Below are positions 18,893 through 28,988 of a stretch of DNA of 64,000 nt, one piece after another. The notes beneath the pieces were generated by a model. The model was not told where the DNA came from. It saw nothing but the letters and a program-made list of their open reading frames with translations, and did not search any database. Source of the DNA: Chthonomonas calidirosea (GTDB lineage: Bacteria; Armatimonadota; Fimbriimonadia; Fimbriimonadales; Fimbriimonadaceae); contig CAMAPH010000006.1 of NCBI GenBank assembly GCA_945859975.1, forward strand, positions 23,923 to 87,922, written 5' to 3'. Each line of letters begins with the position of its first letter. Position 1 is the stretch's first letter. The translations under genes were made by a program, and so were the position numbers.

Positions 18893-19063
18893 TTACTGAC
18901 GTGATCGCTGACGTCGAGCTTGTCGTCGTCGCTTTTCACTTGGCTTCTCGTAGTGTGCGTGCTCTTTGAGCGTTCGCAGAACGCCGCTCTGCTGGAGCTT
19001 CATGTTGAAGCGCTTAAGAGCGGAGTCAATGGACTCATTCGGTTGTACGTTTACAAATACCAA
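18893..19063 (-). CDS. rpsU: 30S ribosomal protein S21 (56 aa, absent from the ORF track)
   Basis: Manual translation from TTG: MVFVNVQPNESIDSALKRFNMKLQQSGVLRTLKEHAHYEKPSEKRRRQARRQRSRQ. Confidence 0.93.
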   Translation of the reverse strand: MVFVNVQPNESIDSALKRFNMKLQQSGVLRTLKEHAHYEKPSEKRRRQARRQRSRQ

Positions 19064-19124
19064 CGGTTTTTAACTGCCTCCGGGACCCAAAGAGTATGAC
19101 ACAACTCGCACCGAAAGGCAAGTT

Positions 19125-19994
19125 CTATTGCCCAGGCTGCTCGCTGACGTACACGTAGTCGGCAATTCCCCTCGCACAGGTGACCGGTTTATCCGAGCTG
19201 AGCATGACCACATTAACTCCGCGCTTGCCGGTTCGGCGAGTGATGCGGTAGTTGATTCCTTGCCCATACATAATGTGCCCCGCCCCCGCGACGATGACCG
19301 TAGTCGTCTTTGGATCTCGATCCGCGAGCGCCTTCAGAGCCGAGTCGGCCATGCCTTCGTCCCAAAGAACCTGGGCGGCATAGACGTTCTCGTTCCCGTT
19401 CGGCATGGTGTGTCCGCCCATCAGAGAATCGAAAACCTGGCGGTGCTGCTTGTTGCCCAAAAAGAGTTCGGAAGGCAGTTCCTTTCGCTCCCCGGCGGCA
19501 AGGCCGGCATAGCCAAGCCGCCCAACGGCTCGGACCCAGTTGCGTGGAACGTTCAACGCAACCATCGGGACCTGATTGTCGCGACAGGTTTGGAACAACG
19601 GCCGATAGAACTTATAGTCAAATCCCCAGGTTGTCTTCCAATCCACCGCGGTGAGAAAACTCGCCTCGTCGCCTTTGCCGGCAATAAAGTCGGTGAGCCC
19701 CGGCTGCGTCGGTCTCGTCAGCATTTCGACTCCGACCATTACGGGCTGCTTCGCATCCACCAACGCTTTTACAAGGTCCGCTTGAAGCTGCTGGTGGGGT
19801 GCGGTTGCATGCTGCTCGCCCAGATACAGGAATCCGCGCTTTGCGGCTGCCTGAGCAATCTCTGCGACCGTAGCTTCCTGCCCGGTCTCCGTGCTGTAAA
19901 TCGCACCTGGAGCAAACTTCATCTGGCCCGATCGTCCGATGTTCAAAACGTACGGAGAATCAGCTTGGGCAAGAACAAAAAGGGCAGCGAGCAT
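19125..19994 (-). CDS. ChaN/PhuW family (heme/iron-uptake-type) exported protein
   Basis: YLGEQH...HQ.LQ, GVEM, WGFDY.FY.PL, ALNVP, AQVLWD.GMA and AGAGH. Confidence 0.85.
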   Translation of the reverse strand: MLAALFVLAQADSPYVLNIGRSGQMKFAPGAIYSTETGQEATVAEIAQAAAKRGFLYLGEQHATAPHQQLQADLVKALVDAKQPVMVGVEMLTRPTQPGLTDFIAGKGDEASFLTAVDWKTTWGFDYKFYRPLFQTCRDNQVPMVALNVPRNWVRAVGRLGYAGLAAGERKELPSELFLGNKQHRQVFDSLMGGHTMPNGNENVYAAQVLWDEGMADSALKALADRDPKTTTVIVAGAGHIMYGQGINYRITRRTGKRGVNVVMLSSDKPVTCARGIADYVYVSEQPGQ

Positions 19995-20027
19995 ATTTAC
20001 AGTTATACGCTTTGGTAGCCTAACGGA

Positions 20028-20603
20028 ATGCGACTGCGACTTGCCCCTTTTGCCATCTTGCTCGTCGCAGCCTCGATTGGGTTAAGCATCGCCGGATGCC
20101 AGCCAAAGCCAACCGAATCCAAAGCGACCTCGGAACCAACCGTAGACCCCTCGCAGAAACTTTACGAACAACTCCGCGTTGGCTCGGTTCAAGCCGACAT
20201 CACGATCACCGAACTGGAGCAGGCACGAGACATCCTGAAAGCTCTCAAGGCGAATCCGAAGCCGAACATTCAGGAAGCGGTGATTGATCTGCTCGACATT
20301 ATCGACAGTGTCGCCCGGACCTTGGGTGACTACACCGTTGTTCCCGAGCAATCAGAAATCGCAAAAGACTTCGCGGCGCAAGACGAACATCGGCTCGCAG
20401 GAATCCGGGCGTTCGAAGAAGCCCAACTCGATCTCGGCGATGCGGATGGAGTGATCAACGAGTTGCGCAGCCTCCTGCCCGACGAAACAAGCCCGCAACC
20501 GGGCGAGGTCCAGAACCACTTTACGAATGCGGGTGAGGCGCTCGTGGATGGCATCCGGGGCCTTGGCGGAAACCCGGATGCGCCCTCAGAAGAAGATCAC
20601 TGA
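20028..20603 (+). CDS. Hypothetical helical lipoprotein
   Basis: Lipobox IAGC after a hydrophobic signal. Confidence 0.65.
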   Translation: MRLRLAPFAILLVAASIGLSIAGCQPKPTESKATSEPTVDPSQKLYEQLRVGSVQADITITELEQARDILKALKANPKPNIQEAVIDLLDIIDSVARTLGDYTVVPEQSEIAKDFAAQDEHRLAGIRAFEEAQLDLGDADGVINELRSLLPDETSPQPGEVQNHFTNAGEALVDGIRGLGGNPDAPSEEDH

Positions 20604-21850
20604 ACCAGGAACGGCAAGTTGGCCGTCGCCGCATTCCCCTTCCCGTCTCGAACAAACGCGTAGACCCGGTACTGGCCGGCATAAGGCGGAACGGTAAAGA
20701 TGTACTTACTCGCTTTTTGCTTGACCGTTGAGATCGTCGGCGGTGCGGTCTGCGGGTAGCCGCCGGGCTTCTTGTCCTTCGATTCAAGCATCACCACGAA
20801 CTCGTATTCCAGAGTGTCCCCGTCCAAGTCCATGGTCGGAACACTGAAGGTTAGTTTCTCGCCGATTTTTGCCTTCATCGATGGCAAGAGAGCGGGTGTC
20901 TCGATTCGTGGCGCGAGATTCTTGGGAGCCTTTCCGCTCCACTGCTTCTGCATTTCTTCGGCAGACTGAAGCGCCTCGCCCGTTGGCAGTTGCATACCAA
21001 ACCAAGTCGCCGTTTCCTCCTGCTTGAATCCCCAAATGAAGGCGTACGAACCGAGGCACCAGCTCGGATTTGCCTTGATCTGCTCTTCGTAATTCTTTTT
21101 GTATATTTCCGCTTTCTGGGTGCTCGTAGGTTCCAGCGCGACTTGCCAGTCCGTCTTCGCGACTTCCCATTGGCCGAGCGGACCGAATTCGGTGACCATA
21201 AACGGCTTCTTCCAGCCAAATTCCTTCAGCCGCTTTGTGAGGGTCGATAGTCCGCCGTACGAGTTCACTCCGAGCAACTGAACATCGGGCGCATACTGCG
21301 CGATCATCTTCGCTTTCTCGGCGCTGACTTCTGCGACGACGGTCGTGACCGGATGATTCGGGTCTTCTTCCTTGACCATCTTTGCCAGCCGTCCAATTTC
21401 CTTCCACAACGTTGGATTATCGTTGCCGCCCGATTCCATCTCGTTGCCAAGCGCCCACATCAGGACCGCCGGGTGATTCTTGTACTTCCGAACGGTCTCG
21501 CGGACTTTCTCAAACTGATCATCAAGTTGCTTCTGATCGTTCCACTTGAAACCATGCGCGACGTGCCCGAGCCAATACCCAACGGTGACGGTGAGGCCGT
21601 TTTTGTGGGCGCGGTCCAGCAGTCCCGGAGTATCGTCGCCAGTGCCCCACGTTCGAATCGAGTTTCCACCGGCATCAGCAAGTCGCTTCAAGTTCACGTC
21701 GTCAGACGAGCTACAGCCCGCGCCTTTGATCCAGTAAGGCTGGCCGTTCCGATACAGGGTCATCCCGTTCGCAGATGGTCGGAGCTCAACTTTGCTTCCC
21801 TGAACTACCGGCACGCCAACAACGGAGAGGGCTAACAGCGACGTTAACAT
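20597..21850 (-). CDS. Secreted glycoside hydrolase, GH2-like TIM barrel with a C-terminal beta-sandwich
   Basis: Signal peptide, GGNSIRTW, HPAVLMWALGNE (acid/base) and VTEFGP (nucleophile). Confidence 0.85.
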   Translation of the reverse strand: MLTSLLALSVVGVPVVQGSKVELRPSANGMTLYRNGQPYWIKGAGCSSSDDVNLKRLADAGGNSIRTWGTGDDTPGLLDRAHKNGLTVTVGYWLGHVAHGFKWNDQKQLDDQFEKVRETVRKYKNHPAVLMWALGNEMESGGNDNPTLWKEIGRLAKMVKEEDPNHPVTTVVAEVSAEKAKMIAQYAPDVQLLGVNSYGGLSTLTKRLKEFGWKKPFMVTEFGPLGQWEVAKTDWQVALEPTSTQKAEIYKKNYEEQIKANPSWCLGSYAFIWGFKQEETATWFGMQLPTGEALQSAEEMQKQWSGKAPKNLAPRIETPALLPSMKAKIGEKLTFSVPTMDLDGDTLEYEFVVMLESKDKKPGGYPQTAPPTISTVKQKASKYIFTVPPYAGQYRVYAFVRDGKGNAATANLPFLVQ

Positions 21851-21937
21851 GCCTTCATTCTACGTTGAGAAACGTTTCTCACGACGAAATGGCCTTATCG
21901 AATTGCGCAAATCCGATAAACGTCGCACACTAGTGAT

Positions 21938-22570
21938 ATGTTTCTTCCGGTCCTCGTGGCGGCGCTTTCCATGACTCAAGAAAAATCTACGTTTCTGGTC
22001 CTTCTCGTCCGGCCGGAGAACGCACCGACCTATTCTGCGGAACGTTCGAAAGAGATTCAAGCTGGGCACATGGCCCACCTAACGAAGCTGTTCAACGCTG
22101 GAACGGCAAAGGTCGCAGGGCCGTTCATGGAAGAGCACCGTATCCGAGGGATCGTGCTGATTGAAGCAAAGAATATGGAAATGGCGAAAATGGCCCCAAT
22201 GGCCGACCCAGCCATCAAGGCTGGTCGGCTCGCCGCAGAGGTCTACCCATGGGCGGTCGCTCCCGTAAAGTTCGGCACCGCGGTCGAGCCAATGCAACTT
22301 GTCACGAATACGATGGTGCTCATCGAAAGGGTGAACTTCACGCCGAAAAGCTTCTCTTCTCAGCACGCACTCTACCAGTCCGAGCTTGGTAGCACCTTGA
22401 TCTCTGGTGTGATCCCAGGTGAGTTTAAGTACATCGATGCCTTCATCGTTCCCGGCGAGGACAAAGCCAAAGTAGCTGCCCTCGCCGCAAAGCATCCCGC
22501 CGTTGTTGGCGGATATGGAAAAGCCGTCGTGTTAGCGTGGGGATCCGCAAAAGGCGTCGTCAGTATATAA
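21938..22570 (+). CDS. YciI family protein with two YciI-like repeats
   Basis: GHMAHL...AGPF...RGI...ADPAIKAG, then a degenerate second repeat. Confidence 0.7.
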   Translation: MFLPVLVAALSMTQEKSTFLVLLVRPENAPTYSAERSKEIQAGHMAHLTKLFNAGTAKVAGPFMEEHRIRGIVLIEAKNMEMAKMAPMADPAIKAGRLAAEVYPWAVAPVKFGTAVEPMQLVTNTMVLIERVNFTPKSFSSQHALYQSELGSTLISGVIPGEFKYIDAFIVPGEDKAKVAALAAKHPAVVGGYGKAVVLAWGSAKGVVSI

Positions 22571-22575
22571 CGCCT

Positions 22576-22660
22576 TGGTGCCGGGGGCGGGACTCGAACC
22601 CGCACGATTTGTGGTCAACGGTTTTTGAGACCGCCGCGTCTACCATTCCGCCACCCCGGC
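22576..22660 (-). tRNA. tRNA-Leu(CAA)
   Basis: Reverse complement GCCGGGGTGGCGGAATGGTAGACGCG...CTCAAAA...GGTTCGAGTCCC...CCCCGGCACCA; long variable arm and encoded CCA. Confidence 0.96.
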
Positions 22661-22731
22661 TAGGGACCAAGAGTGTACCGCGATCATTTCGTTAGGCCGA
22701 ACTCACCCCTTGTAACTGCTAACCTTATGCC

Positions 22732-23943
22732 GTGAAAGTTCTTGTTGCAGATCGGTTCGAAGAGATTGGCCTCGATGGTTTGCGTCGTCTTGGCGTCGAG
22801 GTGATCTATGAACCGTCACTCTCTGGGCAGAGCCTTGCCGAACGATTACGCGAGAGCGAAGCTGCCGTTTTGGTCGTTCGCAGCACCGAAGTTCCGGGCG
22901 AAGCCATGCGAGAGACCAAGTTGGGCCTGGTCATTCGCGCCGGTGCGGGATACAACACCATCGACATTGACGCAGCCAGCGAGCTCGGCATTCTCGTCAC
23001 GAACTGTCCCGGGAAGAACTCGCAGGCCGTAGCCGAGCTGGCTTGGGGACTGATTCTGGCTTGCGATCGACGTATCCCCGAGAATGTCGCCGACCTGAAT
23101 CATGGCGTTTGGAACAAGGCCGAATACTCTAAAGCGCGAGGACTTCACGGACGTACATTCGGTGTGATTGGAATCGGAAAGATCGCCCAGGAAATGGTTG
23201 TTCGGGCGAAGGCATTCGGAATGAACGTTGTCGCCTATAGCCGCTGGATGACGCCGGACCTCGCCGCTGGCCTACAAATTGGTCGCGCCAGCAATGCCAC
23301 CGAAGTCGCCCTCATGGCGGATGTGATCTCCGTCCACGTGGCGCTCACCCCAGAGACCAAGGGTTCCCTCGATCACGCCTTCTTCGACAAGCTTCGCCCC
23401 GGCGCCATTTTTATCAACACAAGTCGAGCCGAAGTCGTGGTTCAGGACGCGCTGCTCAAGGCCGTCAACGAGCGCGGAGTTCGCGCTGGTCTAGACGTGT
23501 TCGAAGGTGAACCCACCGGAGGAACCGGAAGCTATTCTGGTGCGCTTCAAAACTTGCCCGGCGTGTATTGCACGCATCACATCGGCGCCAGCACGGAACA
23601 AGCGCAAGAAGCAATTGCCCACGAAGTCGTACAGATTGTCCGCGAGTATCGAAGTAAGGGCGGAGTTCCAAACGTCGTAAACGTAAAGCGGGCCGAGGTG
23701 GCAACCCACGTGGTCGTGGTTCGGCACTTAGACCGCGTCGGCGTTCTCGCGCACGTTCTTTCCGTCCTCAAAGATGAAGGGCTAAACGTGCAAGAGATGG
23801 AGAATATCGTTCTTGGCGGTGCCCGATCAGCGATTGCTCAAATCTCGGTCGATCGCGAGCCCCGACCAGAGGGACTGCTCGCGATCAAGATGAACGAGAA
23901 CGTGTTTGACGTAAGCGTGTTTCAGATCGAAAGAGCCATCTAG
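22732..23943 (+). CDS. serA: D-3-phosphoglycerate dehydrogenase-like D-2-hydroxyacid dehydrogenase with an ACT domain
   Basis: RAGAG, GVIGIGKI, INTSR, LDVFEGEP, HIGASTEQAQ and a C-terminal ACT (H.DRVGVLA). Confidence 0.82.
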   Translation: MKVLVADRFEEIGLDGLRRLGVEVIYEPSLSGQSLAERLRESEAAVLVVRSTEVPGEAMRETKLGLVIRAGAGYNTIDIDAASELGILVTNCPGKNSQAVAELAWGLILACDRRIPENVADLNHGVWNKAEYSKARGLHGRTFGVIGIGKIAQEMVVRAKAFGMNVVAYSRWMTPDLAAGLQIGRASNATEVALMADVISVHVALTPETKGSLDHAFFDKLRPGAIFINTSRAEVVVQDALLKAVNERGVRAGLDVFEGEPTGGTGSYSGALQNLPGVYCTHHIGASTEQAQEAIAHEVVQIVREYRSKGGVPNVVNVKRAEVATHVVVVRHLDRVGVLAHVLSVLKDEGLNVQEMENIVLGGARSAIAQISVDREPRPEGLLAIKMNENVFDVSVFQIERAI

Positions 23944-24569
23944 GACTCTTTCAAGGTTAGCGTTGTGGTGCCGCGGCGGAGAATAACGCTTCGCTCGTTG
24001 ACGGCTTCCATTTCCCAGCCAAGCGGCCCTTTGCTTCCCTTTCGCCCGATCCACTCGGTGCCGTTCAAAAGCACGATTGCGATCGGGTGATAGCCATCGA
24101 TCAAGCCGATCAACTTTGGAGGATCAATCTTCGGTGCTTCTGGCTGGCTAGTGCCATTTTCATCGGGTCGAGTGACCGGCAGTGGGGAGAGCTGTCCAGT
24201 AGGGGCAGGTAAAGGCTCGGGATCCGGCAGTTTTGTGATCCCTGCTGGCGGTGTTGCCTTCACTACCCGCTTTGAAATTTCTCGGAAAGGAGTTGCCGGC
24301 GCAACGGCCGGAGGGTCCATGAGCGCAACCTTTCCGCTCGGAGATAACCCGGTAGCAACTGCACTAACGGTCCCGCCTGGAGTGGTCGCGACATCTGGAG
24401 TTCCTCCAGAAGAAATCACGATGGGCGCCGCTTCGGCTGTCGGTGCAGGAGCGCCGCCCAGAATCCCCATCGAAGTCAGAAGTTGGAATCCTACGAATCC
24501 AAAGACGATGACCACTCCGCCCACAAGGGCATACATTTTCTTCTGATCTTCTTTCGGAGTCGGCTTCAT
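23940..24569 (-). CDS. Type IV pilus accessory protein, PilP/GspC-like
   Basis: N-terminal TM, Pro-rich linker and C-terminal beta domain (KLIGLI.G...AIV); ATGA-coupled to the secretin. Confidence 0.55.
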   Translation of the reverse strand: MKPTPKEDQKKMYALVGGVVIVFGFVGFQLLTSMGILGGAPAPTAEAAPIVISSGGTPDVATTPGGTVSAVATGLSPSGKVALMDPPAVAPATPFREISKRVVKATPPAGITKLPDPEPLPAPTGQLSPLPVTRPDENGTSQPEAPKIDPPKLIGLIDGYHPIAIVLLNGTEWIGRKGSKGPLGWEMEAVNERSVILRRGTTTLTLKES

Positions 24570-26425
24570 TTGGGAGTCCCGGGCTTCGCATCATTCATGA
24601 TGCGAGGCGTTATCGTCACTACAATATCGGTCCTTCTCTTAGATTTCGTACGATTTTTGAACAATTCTCCGATGACCGGCAAGTCGCCCAAAATTGGGAA
24701 CTTCGTTAAAGTTTCAGTCTGCTCGTCTCGGATTAAGCCGCCAAGCACCACCGTCTCTCCATCGTTGACCACCACCGTGGTCTCCGCTTCTCGCGTACTG
24801 GTCTGCGGCAACCCGTTAGCGTCGACGCTTCGAATCGTGCTGACTGCTGGATTGACGTGCATCGTGATCGTGCCGTCTGGGTTAATTCGTGGACGAAGCA
24901 GCAAGATGATGCCGACCGGAAACTCTAGAACTTCGATCGTTTGGGCACCCAACGCGCCCGCCGTAGCGATTCGAACCCGCAACGTGTCGCCGATGAAGAC
25001 GCTAGCGCTGTCGTTGTCCATGACCTGAACCCGTGGGTTCGCCAAAATCTTCGCGTTTCCTTGGGTGATTTGTGCCGAGAGCGTTGCGGTCAACGAACCG
25101 GGCATGCGTGAAATCTGACCGAGTCCCGCTGGTCGGGTGGTGTTCAAGTTGTTGAAAGTCGTAAGATCGGCCGCTGTCCCACCAGGCACTTCCAAGAATT
25201 GGAGTGGCTGCCAGTTGAAGGTGTTGCCAATGTTGGAGGAGAAGTTTGGCGTCGTTTCAACAACGTTCACGTCCACCATGACCTGCGGCGGTCGAACGTC
25301 GATTGCTTCCAGCAACCGAATGGCTTCCATCACCCGGGCTTTCGGACCGCGAACTATGAGCCGACGGCCCTGCTCAGTTGACGTGCGTTGCAGTTGAACG
25401 TCGTCTTGAACGCCGCCCTGCTGCCCGCCGCCAAGAGCGCCTTGAGCGCCTTGCTGTTGCTGCTGTCCGCCACCGGCACCGCCCTGATCTGCCTGTCTAA
25501 TTTGCGAACTGATCGATGCGAACAAGCCTCGTTCGGGCGAATATGCCCTCGGCGCGACGAAAACGTCCACGTCCTTCATAGACTCTTTGAGGAATCGCTG
25601 CAGCGGTCCACTGGTAATGTACTTTGCCTCGTAAACCTCGGTCACGATGCCGGCATCCATCGGGTCGACAGCTTTATCAAGCTTCTCAACGGCAGCCTTT
25701 GCCGCAGTGACGCGCTCGGTCGTACCGGTTAGGGTGACGACGGCACCATTTGCCGTGACGATCACATCAGGGAATAGCGTGCTCATTTGGGCGACGATTT
25801 TGTTGACATCACCCTTGACCGAATAGACCTCGACTGCCCGAAGTGTTGGCGTTTGCGCTTCTCCCGAGAAGTCGTCGATGTACTGCTTAGCTTCCTTTAG
25901 GTCTTCCTGAATGCCGTAGAAAACGATCTTGTCGCCGATCGCCGTGACGCTTGCCTGCGGAAAAGCGGTCTCAAGGGCTTTAGCAATCTCGGTCGCCTTA
26001 GCCGGATCAACCTGGAATCGAGCCCGGAAGGAAAATGGCTCGAGGGCGCGCTTCATCTCGTCGAGTCCAGCGACCACGAACGTGTTCTGAGTGCGGCGGA
26101 AGGTGAGACCAGCAGCAGACACGGCAGCGCGGACAGCTTCGTCAGCGGAATTGGCAATGATGGTAAGCGTAATCGGTGTGCGATCTTTGCCCGCGTAAAC
26201 GATGTTCACGCCAAGTCTGGCGGCCAAAGCGCGGAATACGGACGGCACGGTTGTGTCCGTAAACGACAACCGAACGGGCAACTGACCTACGCCCGTTACG
26301 GCCCCGGTTCGGTTCGATGCCGCCGCAGACGTTACGTCCGCAACCTGTGGCTCGACAGCTGCGGGGGTGGGAACTGGTGTTCCTCCCAGCAGAGAGATTC
26401 CTAACGCAATTGCACTGTGACTCAT
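24566..26425 (-). CDS. Secretin (PilQ/GspD family)
   Basis: IDVRPPQVMVDV.VVE, AKILANPRV, GIIL.LRPRI, VVNDGETVVLGGL and PILGDLPVIGELFK. Confidence 0.93.
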   Translation of the reverse strand: MSHSAIALGISLLGGTPVPTPAAVEPQVADVTSAAASNRTGAVTGVGQLPVRLSFTDTTVPSVFRALAARLGVNIVYAGKDRTPITLTIIANSADEAVRAAVSAAGLTFRRTQNTFVVAGLDEMKRALEPFSFRARFQVDPAKATEIAKALETAFPQASVTAIGDKIVFYGIQEDLKEAKQYIDDFSGEAQTPTLRAVEVYSVKGDVNKIVAQMSTLFPDVIVTANGAVVTLTGTTERVTAAKAAVEKLDKAVDPMDAGIVTEVYEAKYITSGPLQRFLKESMKDVDVFVAPRAYSPERGLFASISSQIRQADQGGAGGGQQQQQGAQGALGGGQQGGVQDDVQLQRTSTEQGRRLIVRGPKARVMEAIRLLEAIDVRPPQVMVDVNVVETTPNFSSNIGNTFNWQPLQFLEVPGGTAADLTTFNNLNTTRPAGLGQISRMPGSLTATLSAQITQGNAKILANPRVQVMDNDSASVFIGDTLRVRIATAGALGAQTIEVLEFPVGIILLLRPRINPDGTITMHVNPAVSTIRSVDANGLPQTSTREAETTVVVNDGETVVLGGLIRDEQTETLTKFPILGDLPVIGELFKNRTKSKRRTDIVVTITPRIMNDAKPGTPK

Positions 26426-26427
26426 GA

Positions 26428-27012
26428 TTACCCTTCCTTGGTTTGTTCCGCTGACTCTTCTGCGAACGGCACGTTCATCAGAACGTATCGCGCCAGAACC
26501 ACGCCAAGTTCGGTAGCCGAATCCGTTCGGCTCCACTTGACATTACTTATTGTGTACATTCTTTGCGAATTTTCAAAGTCTCGCAAAAAGGCACGGATAT
26601 TAGCATAGCTTCCGCCAACGCTAAGTTCCGCATAAATCTTCTTGACGCCGGTTAAAGTCTTATCATCTTCCAGCGTGTAACGGTATCCGCGGCTGTCCAG
26701 AACCCCGGCTCCGAATGCCTGGGCGCGCGAACTCAACTTCAGCAAAGTCACGTTGTGAATCTTCGCAATCGAGTTCAGATCCGAAACAAATCGTGTTTCT
26801 TCGGTCGGACCATCCATCGGCCCAATGCGTCGTTGATACTGCGTAATGTCCTTCGACTTGCTGTTTAGGGCAATCGCCTTCTTGACGTCTTCGTCTGCCT
26901 TAGCAAAGTTGAGCTGAGCACCAATCACCCGGCCAAACTGAATAATCAGGGCGACGGTAGCACCGATGATGCACAGGACCGGAAGCAACCAACCTAAAAT
27001 TCGTGAGCTCAT
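26428..27012 (-). CDS. pilO: PilO-like type IV pilus assembly protein
   Basis: TM and coiled coil, then LSV.GSY..IR.FL.DFE...R; lies between pilMN and the secretin. Confidence 0.7.
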   Translation of the reverse strand: MSSRILGWLLPVLCIIGATVALIIQFGRVIGAQLNFAKADEDVKKAIALNSKSKDITQYQRRIGPMDGPTEETRFVSDLNSIAKIHNVTLLKLSSRAQAFGAGVLDSRGYRYTLEDDKTLTGVKKIYAELSVGGSYANIRAFLRDFENSQRMYTISNVKWSRTDSATELGVVLARYVLMNVPFAEESAEQTKEG

Positions 27013-27013
27013 C

Positions 27014-28687
27014 TTATTGTCCTCCCGTCGGGGTCGGCTGAGGTGCCTTTGGATCTACTGTCGGATCAACCTCTGGAACCACTGGAAGCGGCTTGCCTGC
27101 GTATTCAACCTCGGCAAGGTTGTATGTCCTGGCGCTGAGTTTGAACTCGATGAAGCTGGTGTTCTCTTCCTTCTTTCGCTCAATTCCGGCGATCGTCGGA
27201 GTCGTGAGTGCCTTACCTAGCTGCAGACGGCGCACCATGTCCACGATCAGGCTTTCCTCATTCGTATTGCCCTCGATCGTCACGTTTTGTTCCTGGCTGA
27301 TATCGATGGCCTTAATCCCAACGCCGGTCGGGGTGCTGCGAGAAATCTCATCAATGACGGACACCGCGGGCAATCCGTCCTTGCGGAGCAAATCGGCCTG
27401 CTGCACGAGGCGACGAACGGTACGGTCTGCCAACTCGGCCTGTTTACGAATGTTCTCTGCTCGCGTCTTCGTATCCTCAGTTTGGCGCTGGAGTTCATTG
27501 ACCTGGTAGCTCCCGAAGAGCCAGCCGCCAAGCCCCACCGCGAGGGCACCGATCGAAACAAGCACGCTTCCCAAAAGGTTGCGCTGGGTGTCCTTCTTTT
27601 GCTCAAGAGCAAAGTCTCGCTTATAGATCTCGACCCGCGGCGCGCCGTTCACGAGGTCGGCGCGGTCCATTAGGGCAATGCCGTAAGCCGTGTTATACGC
27701 GAGCGCACCTTGAGGCACGCTTTCCACGGGAGAATTCGGTACGAAAGCCCGGACAACGGTTTCGTCCGGGTCGTAGTTATTCGACTTGTCACCGAGCCAA
27801 GTCGAGAACGCGTCAGTCCAACGTAATTCAATATCAAGCCGAGTTGCAATCGGCTCTAAGAAAGTAGCCATCCGTTCCGTAACGCTTGTTACGAGCATGC
27901 GGCGTGGCAGGGCAGAAACATCAAATTCTCGCTCGAAGTAGTCTACAGAGCGACGGATATCCACCGCGAGTTCGTCAATTCTCGCGTCGTTTAGGTCAAG
28001 GCGGCCATCCTCGGTTTCAGAAACCAGCAAGTTGGCGCCAACGTTGAGAGACCTATAGAACCATAGTTCGCCTTTGACCAAAAGGGTCAAGTCCGCCGAG
28101 GTCTCGTGGAAGTTTAGAATGACAACCGATTCTTCGTGCGCCAGAAATGGGACGAGGGCTCGAAGTCGGGCAAACTGCGCAGGCTCAAGCGAAACCAGGT
28201 ACAGGTTCTGAGATTCACATGCTTCCTGGAGGTGCAAAACCGTACTGCTGTGCGTCGCCGCAATCAGAACCGGGACCTCATCTACTGCCTGGCTGTTTGG
28301 AGAACGCAGCTTGAAGAATCCGTAGGTTCCCTGGTCTTCTACCAAGTGATAGTGCGCGACTTCCCCATCAACAATCGTCTTGAGGTCGGCACCGGCCACG
28401 GCCGGAACGGAGATTCGGTAGGTCGAAACGCGAGCATCCGGCACCGCAATACTTACGCGGGTGTTGTTGTCAACCTTGAGCCGCTCAGCAAGTTTCTTGA
28501 GTGCCTGACCGACGAGCCCGGGATTTTGGATGAAGCCGCCGCTAACAAGACCGGCCTCGATTTGAAGAATAGCGTGAGCCGTGACCTGGGATCGATTGCC
28601 GCTATGCCGGACGTTTACACCACGAATTTCTGTATCCGTGATTTCGATTCCTACGTAATTGCGATTACGTCCGCGGTTGAAGGCCAT
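27014..28687 (-). CDS. pilM: PilM-PilN fusion protein
   Basis: N-terminal actin-like PilM (VGIEI, DIRRSVDYF, AYGIA), then TM, coiled coil and a PilN-like domain (IS..TP.GV.I..I...TIEG). Confidence 0.8.
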   Translation of the reverse strand: MAFNRGRNRNYVGIEITDTEIRGVNVRHSGNRSQVTAHAILQIEAGLVSGGFIQNPGLVGQALKKLAERLKVDNNTRVSIAVPDARVSTYRISVPAVAGADLKTIVDGEVAHYHLVEDQGTYGFFKLRSPNSQAVDEVPVLIAATHSSTVLHLQEACESQNLYLVSLEPAQFARLRALVPFLAHEESVVILNFHETSADLTLLVKGELWFYRSLNVGANLLVSETEDGRLDLNDARIDELAVDIRRSVDYFEREFDVSALPRRMLVTSVTERMATFLEPIATRLDIELRWTDAFSTWLGDKSNNYDPDETVVRAFVPNSPVESVPQGALAYNTAYGIALMDRADLVNGAPRVEIYKRDFALEQKKDTQRNLLGSVLVSIGALAVGLGGWLFGSYQVNELQRQTEDTKTRAENIRKQAELADRTVRRLVQQADLLRKDGLPAVSVIDEISRSTPTGVGIKAIDISQEQNVTIEGNTNEESLIVDMVRRLQLGKALTTPTIAGIERKKEENTSFIEFKLSARTYNLAEVEYAGKPLPVVPEVDPTVDPKAPQPTPTGGQ

Positions 28688-28928
28688 ATTCTAGTTACGT
28701 CCGTGTTTCTGACCTGTCGGCCCGCCTCTCCGAAAACCATCCTTGGCTTCCGGTCGGTCAACTTGCCAAAGCAACGCTCACCAACCGAGGCAGACACGCA
28801 TTGTCTACACAAAGGATATTGGCTGTCATCCGAACTTTCGGTAGGGCCGGACCGCGGATCGAAGTCAAATTATCAGAACTTTCAGCTTGAACAATAAAAC
28901 TTCGATGCATCTTGCTGGCATCAAACAC

Positions 28929-28960
28929 AAAAAGAGGCGGCGAGGCATCGCCTCGCCGCC
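28929..28960 (-). terminator. Intrinsic terminator of pilin copy 1
   Basis: GGCGGCGAGGC/GCCTCGCCGCC stem with an A tract on the + strand. Confidence 0.8.
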
Positions 28961-28988
28961 GGATCGCGGAACATCTTCAGCCTAACAA

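Noticed and set aside
22576..22660. tRNA-Leu as an integration site
   Set aside because: No integrase nearby, no duplicated tRNA 3' end noticed, and the flanking genes look native
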